From Calditrichia bacterium (lineage in GTDB: Bacteria; Calditrichota; Calditrichia; JAJRVZ01), in the NCBI GenBank assembly GCA_963796965.1, contig CAWCNS010000009.1, positions 640,001-704,000 of the forward strand: a stretch of 64,000 nt of DNA, read 5' to 3'. Under the pieces are notes generated by a model. It saw nothing but the letters and a program-made list of their open reading frames with translations, had not been told where the DNA came from and did not search any database. Made by a program: the position numbers and the translations under genes. How positions within the stretch are numbered: position 1 is the stretch's first letter; every line of letters begins with the position of its first letter. Shown piece by piece: positions 39,951 through 49,505 of the stretch.

Positions 39951-41342
39951 ATGTCGGATATTAAAACAGTCGCCCTGGGCTCGGATCATGGAGGTTATCG
40001 ATTAAAGGAGGCTTTAAAAGTCCATCTACGAGATCAGGGATATGAGGTTAACGATTGTGGTACCTTTGGTGAGAAATCCGTTGATTATCCCGATATAGCT
40101 GGTGAAGTTGCCCAGAAAGTATCAGATAAATCAACAAGATTCGGTATTATTATAGATGGGGCTGGTATTGGTTCAGCCATGGTTGCCAATAAATTTTCCG
40201 GTGTCCGTGCTGCCCTCTGCTACGATGTTTCATCTGCCAAAAATGCCCGGGAGCATAATGATGCTAACATCCTAACCTTGGGCGCAGGCTTGATTGGCTC
40301 TGCTTTAGCGCTACAAATCACTGATACTTTTCTTGCCCATGAATGTACCTTGGAACGGCACCTCAATCGGGTAAAAAAGATTAACCTTCTTGACGAAAAT
40401 TCATCAGCAAACGATTCAGTTTCTGGTGAGAATGTTCTGACAAATGCTGATTTATCCCAAATTGCACAGCGTGTGAGCCAGATTTTAAATGAGACGGATG
40501 TTCGAATATCTCCGGAGAGTGCTTCCCCATCCGAAAACTGTGACAATAAGATGATATGCAATTGTGGTGTTTGTGTTGAGAGAACGCCAGAAACAATCAG
40601 ACAATTTATTGATTATGGTGTTGATAGAATTGGTTTTCTCAACGCAGGTGGTTGTGATTGTGTTCCTGAAGATATTGCCAAATGCATTGACCACACCATT
40701 TTAAAACCAGATGCAACAGAATCAGAGATAAAAAAAATATGTGCAGAGGCACGTGAATATCAATTCGCTGCAGTTTGCGTCAGCCCCAGTTATGTATCCC
40801 TTGTAGCCAAGGAACTTGCTGGTAGCCCTGTAAAAGTCTGTACAGTTGTCGGATTTCCATCAGGAGCCCATCTGCCGGAAATCAAAGCTCTGGAGACAAG
40901 AAGGGCCATAAGGGACGGTGCTGAAGAAATCGATATGGTGATTAATATCGGTGCTTTAAAAAGTGGGAATGATGATTTGGTTTACCGGGATATCAGGCTT
41001 GTTTGTGAGGCTTGTGAAGATGGCGGAGCCATTAGCAAAGTCATTATAGAAGCGGCATTACTGACAGATGATGAAAAAGTTCGTGCCTGTGAACTTAGTA
41101 AAAGAGCGCGCGCCAATTTTGTTAAAACTTCAACCGGTTTTGGTCCTCACGGCGCCACAGCTGAAGATGTCGCTTTAATGAGTAGGGTTGTGGCAAGCGC
41201 TGGAATTGGGGTAAAAGCCGCCGGAGGGATCCGCTCTTATGATGATGCCCAAAAAATGATATCCGCCGGTGCCACAAGAGTCGGCGCCAGTGCGGGGATT
41301 AAAATTTTGCAACAGGCAAAAGAAATAACAATTAGTAACTAA
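39951..41342 (+). CDS. deoC: RpiB/LacAB isomerase - deoxyribose-5-phosphate aldolase fusion with linker encapsulation peptide
   Basis: N-terminal [23 protein letters not shown]-terminal IDHTILK, VVGFP, EIDMVIN, KVIIE, FVKTSTG, KAAGGIR, RVGAS. Confidence 0.92.
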   Translation: MSDIKTVALGSDHGGYRLKEALKVHLRDQGYEVNDCGTFGEKSVDYPDIAGEVAQKVSDKSTRFGIIIDGAGIGSAMVANKFSGVRAALCYDVSSAKNAREHNDANILTLGAGLIGSALALQITDTFLAHECTLERHLNRVKKINLLDENSSANDSVSGENVLTNADLSQIAQRVSQILNETDVRISPESASPSENCDNKMICNCGVCVERTPETIRQFIDYGVDRIGFLNAGGCDCVPEDIAKCIDHTILKPDATESEIKKICAEAREYQFAAVCVSPSYVSLVAKELAGSPVKVCTVVGFPSGAHLPEIKALETRRAIRDGAEEIDMVINIGALKSGNDDLVYRDIRLVCEACEDGGAISKVIIEAALLTDDEKVRACELSKRARANFVKTSTGFGPHGATAEDVALMSRVVASAGIGVKAAGGIRSYDDAQKMISAGATRVGASAGIKILQQAKEITISN

Positions 41343-41348
41343 TATATA

Positions 41349-41371
41349 AGGCAAAGTGATAGGCTTTGCCT
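41349..41371 (+). other. Intra-operon hairpin without U-tract
   Basis: AGGCAAAG-tgatagg-CTTTGCCT between rpiB-deoC and the BMC-T gene. Confidence 0.5.
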
Positions 41372-41406
41372 GTACGCGTGTAGTAAAATTTACAGGAGGA
41401 TAACCA

Positions 41407-42030
41407 GTGGTAGATCTCAGAGCCTATGTTTTTTTGGATAATCTTCAACCACAATATGCTGCATTTTTGGGCACTGTAGCGCAAGGTTTTTTACCCATTG
41501 CCGGTATGGCTTCTCTATACGTGGAGATCTCACCGGGCATTGAAATCAATCGCATTACAGATATTGCCCTTAAATCAACCAATGTGACACCTGGCATGCA
41601 GGTTGTAGAACGACTCTATGGGATGTTAGAGATTCACTCCTCATCTCAAGCAGATGTTCGGCAGGCAGGACGGTCGATATTAGAAGCTCTTGAATTAAAA
41701 GAGGAGGATCGTTGGAAACCTAAAATTTTTTCCAGCCAGGTGATCCGTCGGATTGACGATCACCAAACACAGTTAATAAACCGCATGCGTCATGGCAATA
41801 TGATTGTCCCGGGACAAACCATGTTTGTTATGGAGGTCCAACCTGCAGCTTATGCTGCCCTTGCCGCCAATGAAGCTGAAAAAGCATCAGAAATTAATAT
41901 TCTCGAGGTTCGTTCTTTTGGTAGTTTTGGCAGAGTCTACTTGGGGGGCGAAGAGCGCGACATTGATGTTGGATGGCAGGCTGCGGTTAAGGCTATTGAA
42001 GAGGTTCGGGGAAAGGATAAACATTCTTAA
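41407..42030 (+). CDS. BMC-T shell protein, stacked permuted (CcmP/CsoS1D-like) type
   Basis: [48 protein letters not shown] start with SD AGGAGG. Confidence 0.9.
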   Translation: MVDLRAYVFLDNLQPQYAAFLGTVAQGFLPIAGMASLYVEISPGIEINRITDIALKSTNVTPGMQVVERLYGMLEIHSSSQADVRQAGRSILEALELKEEDRWKPKIFSSQVIRRIDDHQTQLINRMRHGNMIVPGQTMFVMEVQPAAYAALAANEAEKASEINILEVRSFGSFGRVYLGGEERDIDVGWQAAVKAIEEVRGKDKHS

Positions 42031-42031
42031 T

Positions 42032-42156
42032 GATATGGGATATGGGATATGGACAAATGTATCTCTTTCCTGATTGTTATCAAGTTGTAGTATGATAAAT
42101 AAAACCCGACATCAAGAATTGCGTATCGAGTATCCAATATTAAATATCTATATCAA
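42032..42156. repeat. 7-nt periodic inverted arms between the BMC-T and BMC-H genes
   Basis: (GATATGG)x3 at 42032-42052; tatcgag tatccaa tattaaa tatcta tatcaa at 42124-42156. Confidence 0.6.
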
Positions 42157-42196
42157 TAAATAGAAATCATAAATTTTCATAAACGGAGGAATTAAA

Positions 42197-42511
42197 ATGG
42201 CTGAAGCATTAGGAATGATTGAAACCAGAAGTTTTCCTGCAGTAGTAGAAGCAGCAGATGCAATGGTTAAAGCGGCAAAAGTTGAATTTGTTTCTTATGA
42301 AAAGACTGGAGGAGGATATGTTACTGCTATAATTCGTGGTGATGTTGCCGCTGTTAAGGCGGCCTGTGACGCCGGTCGTGCCGGTGCTACGCGCGTTGGA
42401 GAGATTGTCTCAGTACATATCATTGCACGTCCTCATCACAACGTTGATGCTGTACTACCTTTGGGACGCATTAAAGAAGGTGAAACAGCAATGAAGGGAA
42501 AAAGTAAGTAA
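42197..42511 (+). CDS. BMC-H hexameric shell protein (EutM/PduA-like)
   Basis: [47 protein letters not shown]. Confidence 0.95.
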   Translation: MAEALGMIETRSFPAVVEAADAMVKAAKVEFVSYEKTGGGYVTAIIRGDVAAVKAACDAGRAGATRVGEIVSVHIIARPHHNVDAVLPLGRIKEGETAMKGKSK

Positions 42512-42523
42512 CAAGGAGTAGAT

Positions 42524-42823
42524 ATGGTTCTGGCAAGAGTTTCGGGGACAGTGGTTTCTACCCGAAAAGAAGAAACGATGGATGGGTTGAAGTTTTTAAT
42601 TCTCCAACAAGTGAATCTCGATGGGCAGGAAGAGGGCGGCTTTGTTGTCGCAGCTGATGCTGTAGGTGCTGGTGTGGGTGAATATGTATTATATGCCAGT
42701 GGAAGCTCGGCCCGACAAACAATTGCAACCGACAAACGACCATGTGACGCTGTTGTTATGGCAATTGTTGATAACTGGGAAATCGGGGGAGATCTGAAAT
42801 ATAAAAAGGGTCTCAACGATTAA
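42524..42823 (+). CDS. BMC-P pentamer (EutN/CcmL family) 1
   Basis: [38 protein letters not shown]. Confidence 0.95.
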   Translation: MVLARVSGTVVSTRKEETMDGLKFLILQQVNLDGQEEGGFVVAADAVGAGVGEYVLYASGSSARQTIATDKRPCDAVVMAIVDNWEIGGDLKYKKGLND

Positions 42824-42870
42824 ACATTCAAATTACATATGCATTTCTTCTTACCTGGGAGACAAATATA

Positions 42871-44325
42871 TTGTCTAACTTAAGTCAATCACAGATAAAC
42901 ACAATTGCCGTAGAGGTTGTTGAACTTCTCAAATCAAACAAATCTGTGGAGAAAGACATCAATAATACACCGGTGAGTGAAAAAATATCCTCTCCCAACC
43001 GAGAGGGTATTTTTCCTGATATTGATCAGGCTACACAGGCTGCAAAAAAAGCACAACAACAATTGATGGACAGTTCTCTGGAGAAACGGGGAAAGATTAT
43101 CTCCAACATCAGAAAAGTGATGCTTGAGAATGCTGAAGATCTAGCAAGACAGGCGCATTTGGAAACAGGCTTAGGACGGATTGAAGATAAAATTGTAAAA
43201 AACCGTCTTGTATGTGAGAAGACGCCGGGTACGGAATTTCTTTATCCTTCAGCAAAGTCCGGAGATCGTGGATTAACCCTCATGGAACTTGCACCCTATG
43301 GTATCATTGGCGCTATCACTCCGGTTACAAATCCAACATCTACCATCATCTGTAATACCATAGGGATGGTTGCAGCTGGCAATGCTGTTGTATTTAATGT
43401 TCACCCATCAGCCAAACAAGTGAGTATTCTCAATATTCAATTATTAAACAAGGCTATTACCGAAGTTGGTGGACCGGTAAATTTAGTCACCACCGTATCA
43501 GATCCGACAATAGAATCCGCGCAGGCATTAATGAAACACAAAGATATACGTCTGCTTGTTGTCACAGGTGGTGCCGGAGTGGTAAAAGAAGCCATGAGGA
43601 GTGGCAAGCGCGCCATATGCGCCGGACCTGGCAATCCGCCTGTGGTTGTAGATGAAACAGCAGATATAGACCTTGCGGCAAGAAGTATCATTGCCGGTGC
43701 GTCGATGGATAACAACATCATTTGTGTTGATGAAAAAGAAGTATTTGTCGTTGCTGCTGTTGCTGATAAACTATTAGCTGCCTTTGCTGGTCATAATGCT
43801 GTTGTTTTAAATGATCAACAGATCTCTCAACTAGAAAAAGTAATTTTTGCTGAAAATCTTAGGCCCGGTAAACCTGCTATTATGGAGAAAAGTCTGATCG
43901 GTAAAAATGCTCAGGTTATTCTCAGCAAAATTGGAATTACCGTCGATGAAAAAGTCCGTATTGCCGTAGCCCCGGTAGCTGCTGATCACCCATTAGTCTG
44001 GAGTGAACAAATGATGCCCATTCTGCCGGTGGTAACAATGCCTGATGCAGATTCAGCGATTGAAATTGCCATAAAGGCAGAGCATGGATTTGGACATACC
44101 GCCGTCATGTATTCAAAAAACATCGACAATCTTAGTCGCATGGCTAGGATGTCTAATTGCAGTATTTTCGTAAAAAACGGCCCCTCCTATTCCGGACTAG
44201 GTCATGGTGGGGAGGGCTATTGCTCTTTCTCCATAGCCAGTCCGACTGGAGAAGGATTAACAAACCCCAGGAGTTTTTCCAGGGAAAGACGCTGTGTACT
44301 CGTAGATCACTTCAGGATAGTATAA
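42871..44325 (+). CDS. eutE: CoA-acylating aldehyde dehydrogenase (EutE/PduP family) with N-terminal encapsulation peptide
   Basis: ETGLGRIEDKIVKN, TPVTNP, TGG, GPGNPP, catalytic NNIICVDEKE, PTGEG; N-terminal LSQSQINTIAVEVVELL. Confidence 0.92.
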   Translation: MSNLSQSQINTIAVEVVELLKSNKSVEKDINNTPVSEKISSPNREGIFPDIDQATQAAKKAQQQLMDSSLEKRGKIISNIRKVMLENAEDLARQAHLETGLGRIEDKIVKNRLVCEKTPGTEFLYPSAKSGDRGLTLMELAPYGIIGAITPVTNPTSTIICNTIGMVAAGNAVVFNVHPSAKQVSILNIQLLNKAITEVGGPVNLVTTVSDPTIESAQALMKHKDIRLLVVTGGAGVVKEAMRSGKRAICAGPGNPPVVVDETADIDLAARSIIAGASMDNNIICVDEKEVFVVAAVADKLLAAFAGHNAVVLNDQQISQLEKVIFAENLRPGKPAIMEKSLIGKNAQVILSKIGITVDEKVRIAVAPVAADHPLVWSEQMMPILPVVTMPDADSAIEIAIKAEHGFGHTAVMYSKNIDNLSRMARMSNCSIFVKNGPSYSGLGHGGEGYCSFSIASPTGEGLTNPRSFSRERRCVLVDHFRIV

Positions 44326-44933
44326 TGACAATTTACCCGGCTATTGCACTACTCGAATTATCCAGTATCGCCATTGGCATTTATTGCGCCGATGAAATGA
44401 TAAAACGCTCACCGATTACAGTTATTAAGTCCGGAACTGTTCATAACGGAAAATATCTTATACTTATTGGTGGAACCGTTGCCTCTACTGAGGAAGCTTA
44501 TATCCTGGGACTATCTCTAACCAAAGAAGAATTAATAGATCAGGTATTTTTGCCTGATATCAATGGCCAGGTACATGATGCTATCATCGGTCAACGGGGA
44601 CAATGTTCAAAAGAATCAATAGGCATAATTGAAACCACAACCGCCTCAGCAACGGTTAAAGCAACAGATGCAGCCATTAAAGGTGCAGATGTTGATGTTG
44701 TTGAAATTCGCTTGGCTGACCATTTGGGAGGAAAAGCATTTTCGATTGTAACCGGTGAAGTTCAAAATGTACAATCTGCAATTCAGGTTGCACAGGAGAG
44801 TATGACCAATCCACGATCTTGGATACGCGGCGTTGTTATCCCTCATCTTCATTTTGAAATGGCAGAACAAATTGAGCAATCCACTTATTTTGAAAAACTG
44901 AATATGTGGCAGCTTGAGGGAGGGGAATTGTAA
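44325..44933 (+). CDS. BMC-T shell protein, PduT-like single-layer type
   Basis: True start ATG 44325 (TAATG overlap with the AldDH stop); ELSSIAIG...ADEMIK...GKYLILIGG; second domain GIIET...DAAIK...LGGK. Confidence 0.88.
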   Translation: MTIYPAIALLELSSIAIGIYCADEMIKRSPITVIKSGTVHNGKYLILIGGTVASTEEAYILGLSLTKEELIDQVFLPDINGQVHDAIIGQRGQCSKESIGIIETTTASATVKATDAAIKGADVDVVEIRLADHLGGKAFSIVTGEVQNVQSAIQVAQESMTNPRSWIRGVVIPHLHFEMAEQIEQSTYFEKLNMWQLEGGEL

Positions 44934-45217
44934 TGCATCTTGGCAAAGTTATTGGCACTCTTACTCCTTGTATTATCTATCCCGGTCTTGAGGGGGTCCC
45001 CCTGCTATTAGTCCAGCCATTAGATAAATATGAAAATCCCGATGGTAAAGTTATCGTTGCTTGCGACTCTACCCGGATGGCTGCACCACAGGAATTAATT
45101 TATTATGAGGGTGGAAGAGAGGCTGCACTTGCACTTGAAAAATGGTTTGTTCCTGTCGATCATTCAATCATCGGCATTGTTGATGGTGTTCATCATTTAG
45201 AATCGGAGGCGCCATGA
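44933..45217 (+). CDS. BMC-P pentamer 2
   Basis: MHLGKVIG, LLVQPLD, VACD, GGREAA, PVDHSIIGIVD; TAATG overlap. Confidence 0.9.
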   Translation: MHLGKVIGTLTPCIIYPGLEGVPLLLVQPLDKYENPDGKVIVACDSTRMAAPQELIYYEGGREAALALEKWFVPVDHSIIGIVDGVHHLESEAP

Positions 45218-45480
45218 TATTAGGGCGCGTTTGCGGGGCCATACATTCGACAATCAACCACCAATTTTATGATAACAAAAGGTTATTGATTATCGACAAG
45301 ATAAACACCAATGGATCACCAACAGGTAAATATTTAATTGCTGTCGATTCGGTTGGAGCTGGTTCCGGGGAGATAGTCCTTATTGTAGATGAGGGAGGTT
45401 CTGCACGTCAGATCGTGGATGATCAAGCCGCACCAATTAGATCAATAATTATAGGTATTGTTGACCAGATAAATGTTTAA
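45214..45480 (+). CDS. BMC-P pentamer 3
   Basis: MILGRVCG, IAVDSVGAGSGE, EGGSAR, IIGIVD; ATGA overlap. Confidence 0.9.
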   Translation: MILGRVCGAIHSTINHQFYDNKRLLIIDKINTNGSPTGKYLIAVDSVGAGSGEIVLIVDEGGSARQIVDDQAAPIRSIIIGIVDQINV

Positions 45481-45548
45481 GAAGAACACGTTTTTTCACA
45501 GCAATTATCCATCATAAATTGACAATTATATAGAATGTCGGGGAGCAG

Positions 45549-46205
45549 ATGATAAAAACCGAGTGGGAAACGAGGCGAGATATCATAAATTGCGCAAAGA
45601 GGGCCTTTAACAGAGGCCTGGTTGCGGCAACTGACGGGAACATTTCTATCCGCATGGATACGGACCGCGTCATGATCACCCCAGGGGGTACATCTTTTGC
45701 AAATCTCAACGCAGGTGAATTGGCCTATGTTGATAGTGAGGGTACACTTTTGGATTATTCCTGCAAACCTTCATCTGAGCTACCAATGCATCTGGAAATC
45801 TATAGACAAAGATCTGATATTCAGGCTATTATTCATGCACATCCACCCTATAGTACAGCCTTTACAGTTGCTGGCATGTCCATGGCAACCCCTGTTCTTC
45901 CGGAAGTAATAGTTATGCTTGGCGCTGTACCAACAGCAGAATATGCCACTCCTTCTACAACCGAGAGTGCAGAAGTAATTACTGATCTAATAAAAAAACA
46001 TGATGTGATTCTCCTTGACCACCATGGAGCCGTAACTTGCGGAGAAACGTTAGACGAAGCATATTATAAAATGGATAAACTCGAACACGCTGCCCGAACA
46101 ATGCTGGCAGCAAATTCACTTGGCACTATAAATCCATTAACTGAGGACAATATTAAGAAATTGCATCAATTTAAAAAAAAGTCAGCATCTACAGAAAAAT
46201 ATTAA
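45549..46205 (+). CDS. Class II aldolase/adducin family (L-fuculose-1-P aldolase-like)
   Basis: DGNIS, TPGG, PSSELPMH, HAHP, HHG Zn ligands. Confidence 0.9.
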   Translation: MIKTEWETRRDIINCAKRAFNRGLVAATDGNISIRMDTDRVMITPGGTSFANLNAGELAYVDSEGTLLDYSCKPSSELPMHLEIYRQRSDIQAIIHAHPPYSTAFTVAGMSMATPVLPEVIVMLGAVPTAEYATPSTTESAEVITDLIKKHDVILLDHHGAVTCGETLDEAYYKMDKLEHAARTMLAANSLGTINPLTEDNIKKLHQFKKKSASTEKY

Positions 46206-46215
46206 AATCTAAATT

Positions 46216-47532
46216 ATGACACCTTACGAAATAATATCTCAAAAACGAGATGGGAAGAAACTCTCTTTTTCGCAAATCGAATACTTTATCAATGGATTTA
46301 CCGCGGGTAGAATTCCTGATTATCAGATGTCCGCCTTACTTATGGCTATCTATTTGCAAGGTATGGATCAGGAAGAAGGCGATGCCCTTGTTCAAACCTA
46401 TATAAATTCTGGAGAAATATTAGATCTGAGTCACCTGCCTGGTGTAAAAGTTGACAAGCACAGCACCGGTGGTGTTGGCGATAAAGTGTCAATCATATTG
46501 GCTCCAATTGTAGCAGCAGCAGGTGTCCCGGTACCAATGATATCAGGTAGAGGCCTGGGACATTCCGGTGGTACCTTAGATAAGTTAGAATCAATTCCGG
46601 GTTTTAAAGTCGATTATCAGGTAAATGAATTTATAAGTATACTTGAGAAATTAAATGTTTGTCTTATTGGACAAACAAGTGAACTTGCTCCAGCTGATAA
46701 AAAGATATATGCGCTTCGTGATGTTACAGCTACCGTTCAGTCGATTCCACTAATTGGCGCCAGTATTATGAGTAAAAAAATCGCCGAGGGTATTGATGCA
46801 TTAGTGCTTGATGTAAAAACGGGTGTAGGCGCATTTATGTCTGAATATAATCAGTCTCTTGACCTAGCCAAGACACTAATCCGAATTGGAGAAAATGCTG
46901 GTAAAAAGACAGTTGCCTATATCACCGATATGAATACACCATTGGGACATACGGTAGGGAATTGGCTTGAAATAGAGGAATGTCTCGAATGTTTACATGA
47001 TAAGGGACCTAAGGATTTGATGGATGTTACCCATGTTTTAGCCGGGACGATGATATATTTAGGTGAGAAAGCAACAAGCATCAACAAAGGAATAGAAATA
47101 TCTAAGACCCTGATTAAGGATGGAAGCGCCAAGGAAAAATTTATTGAAATTGTGAAAGAACAAGAAGGCGACATTACTTTTCTATATAATCCCGAATCAT
47201 ATCCAACATCTAAATACCAGGTTGAATATAAAACGCCTTATTCTGGGTGGATTGAGTCTATAAACGCCTACGAGACCGGGATGACCGGAATATTACTTGG
47301 AGGAGGAAGATTAAAACAAGATGATGTGCTCGATCCTAAGGCAGGTGTGCGATTTTACGCTAAGCCCGGTGATAAAATTGCTTCCGGTCAACCTCTTTTC
47401 ACCCTGTATACTGATAATAAAAATATAATTGATCTGGCTACTAAAAAACTATCCGCAGCAATCAAAGTTTCAGAACATCCTGTTAAACCACCAGACTTAA
47501 TCTTAAACTATCTTGACAAATCCAATCTATAG
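46216..47532 (+). CDS. pdp: Pyrimidine-nucleoside/thymidine phosphorylase
   Basis: KRDG, PDYQMSA, DKHSTGGVGDK, SGRGLGHSGGTLDKLESIPG, YALRDVTATV, SIMSKK. Confidence 0.95.
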   Translation: MTPYEIISQKRDGKKLSFSQIEYFINGFTAGRIPDYQMSALLMAIYLQGMDQEEGDALVQTYINSGEILDLSHLPGVKVDKHSTGGVGDKVSIILAPIVAAAGVPVPMISGRGLGHSGGTLDKLESIPGFKVDYQVNEFISILEKLNVCLIGQTSELAPADKKIYALRDVTATVQSIPLIGASIMSKKIAEGIDALVLDVKTGVGAFMSEYNQSLDLAKTLIRIGENAGKKTVAYITDMNTPLGHTVGNWLEIEECLECLHDKGPKDLMDVTHVLAGTMIYLGEKATSINKGIEISKTLIKDGSAKEKFIEIVKEQEGDITFLYNPESYPTSKYQVEYKTPYSGWIESINAYETGMTGILLGGGRLKQDDVLDPKAGVRFYAKPGDKIASGQPLFTLYTDNKNIIDLATKKLSAAIKVSEHPVKPPDLILNYLDKSNL

Positions 47533-47634
47533 CCAATCGCAGACAAATTTCATTTTACTCAAAAGACCCGAATCAAATATAAACTACCTATTCCAGGCAC
47601 TTAATACTAAAGAGATTCTTTTAAACGTGAATGA

Positions 47635-48471
47635 TTAATCCCTCTTAGGCAGTTCAAACCGTCTCAATCCATCCCAGGTCATTTTACGACGCAGCGGTAA
47701 GGCTATGACTTCAGTATCCAGGTAGAGGGGGATCCAGGGATTATCTTTTGTATGATTAAGCAGGAAGAATTGGCAGGCAGGTGTATCACCATTTCCAATT
47801 AAAGCAAATAGTTGTCCCTCTAAATTTTTAGCTAAATCGACAATCATCACAGCATGTCCTTTTGTCCCTTTTTTTACAACAAAGTCTCCAATCTGGACAT
47901 TCCTTCTATTAACTGTCTCATAAGAATGATAAAACTGCTGGGTATGAGATTCACTAAAGACAACATTTAGATACTTAATAAAAGATGAATAGGATGAATC
48001 TGGCCTTGCTGCTGTCTTGAGATTGACCTGCAGGCCATTAAAATATGGTCTGTTTCCTGCTCTCCATTCATCCCAAGACAACCATGTTCCACCAGGTAAT
48101 GGTAACTGAAAGCCCTTGTATTCCTTTTTATTCCAGATATACTCCGCATATAATCTAATAACTATGTCCATGCACTGCTCCAGACGGCGACCTGAGATAT
48201 CCCATTTAACCACAGCAGCCACAATGGTATCCTCTCCACTTTTAAAAACATTACCTCTAAAATCTAAAACGGGAGAACCAGTTTTTTTTAGTGCTAAGTT
48301 ACGCAACCATTGGGCATAACTATTTGGCTCAGCTGTAAGTCGTTTATATTCGGAGGATGGTAAGGGAATGTCTCCAATTATTTTCTGTGCTCTTACAACT
48401 GACGTTATACTTAGTTGGAGTATACAATGAATTACTATAACTATAAAATAATACCTGGTATTAAACATCAT
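47635..48471 (-). CDS. DUF4846-like secreted protein
   Basis: WLRNLALK, LEQCMD..IRLYAEY, GHAVMIVD, G.TPA; signal peptide. Confidence 0.65.
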   Translation of the reverse strand: MMFNTRYYFIVIVIHCILQLSITSVVRAQKIIGDIPLPSSEYKRLTAEPNSYAQWLRNLALKKTGSPVLDFRGNVFKSGEDTIVAAVVKWDISGRRLEQCMDIVIRLYAEYIWNKKEYKGFQLPLPGGTWLSWDEWRAGNRPYFNGLQVNLKTAARPDSSYSSFIKYLNVVFSESHTQQFYHSYETVNRRNVQIGDFVVKKGTKGHAVMIVDLAKNLEGQLFALIGNGDTPACQFFLLNHTKDNPWIPLYLDTEVIALPLRRKMTWDGLRRFELPKRD

Positions 48472-49406
48472 TCTGAATTTTCATAGTTTGCTTTAATATT
48501 TCGTTTAAAGTTTGCATAACCTGTTCTCAACACCGCGCTTTTTTTAAATCTCTTTATAAACGTATCCTCATCCATTGAATCCCATTTCTCAATATGGGGT
48601 GTAACATTCCCATCCTTAGGGAGGAATCTTTCTTCTTTACTATTGTGGCTATTTTTATTCCAGGGACAAACATCTTGACATATATCGCATCCAAAGATCC
48701 AGCCATTTATATTATTCTTTAGATCTTCAGGGATAGGCTTATCCCAATATTCAATTGTAAGATAGGATATACATTTATTGGCATCCAACTGATAGGGCTC
48801 TACGATAGCACCGGTTGGGCAAGCTTTTATACAAGCCTGGCAACTTCCACAATAATCTACCATGGGACTATCATAATGAAGAACAGAATCGACAATGAGT
48901 TCTCCGAGAAACACCCAGGATCCAAAATCTCGTGTAATTAAATTTGTATGCTTACCCTGCCAGCCAATGCCTGCCTTTTCGGCCCATAACTTCTCCATTA
49001 TAGGGGCTGTGTCAACACAAATACGCCCATTAATTTGTGGATCCAGCTCTAGTATATTTTGGAGTAACCGTTTCAATTTTTTTTTCATTATCTTATGATA
49101 ATCCTCACCCCAGGCATATCGTGAAATTTTTGCATCTCCTGCCTGGGGGGAATGCTTGAAGTCTGTATAATAATTGAAAGCAACGGAGATAACTGACTGC
49201 GCATCTGGAACAAATTTCTGAATGTCCATTCGCTTATTTTTATATTTTAACATCCAAGACATCGTCCCATGATAGTTTTTATTTAACCAGATATCCAGTA
49301 GTTGACTTTTCTCGGGCTGCAATGCTGGTGAAATACCAACTTTATCAAAACCCAGATCAAGGGCCATTTTTTTTATTTTAGAAGTTAGATTTAACATTGT
49401 ATACAA
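48468..49406 (-). CDS. queG: Epoxyqueuosine reductase
   Basis: SRYAWGEDYH, VDTAPIME, CGSCQACIKACPT, CISYLTIE, GCDICQDVCPWN. Confidence 0.95.
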   Translation of the reverse strand: MYTMLNLTSKIKKMALDLGFDKVGISPALQPEKSQLLDIWLNKNYHGTMSWMLKYKNKRMDIQKFVPDAQSVISVAFNYYTDFKHSPQAGDAKISRYAWGEDYHKIMKKKLKRLLQNILELDPQINGRICVDTAPIMEKLWAEKAGIGWQGKHTNLITRDFGSWVFLGELIVDSVLHYDSPMVDYCGSCQACIKACPTGAIVEPYQLDANKCISYLTIEYWDKPIPEDLKNNINGWIFGCDICQDVCPWNKNSHNSKEERFLPKDGNVTPHIEKWDSMDEDTFIKRFKKSAVLRTGYANFKRNIKANYENSE

Positions 49407-49505
49407 TCACTTATTTTAGAATAAATTGACTATTTCAAAACATAGTTAAAATATTGACAGCAATTATTCAAAAAAATAATTAACTTTTTTTAAAAATGAG
49501 GTGGC

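Noticed and set aside
44157..44324. 56-aa N-terminal extension of the PduT-like BMC-T
   Set aside because: Overlaps the AldDH coding region; the TAATG-coupled ATG at 44325 is the natural start.
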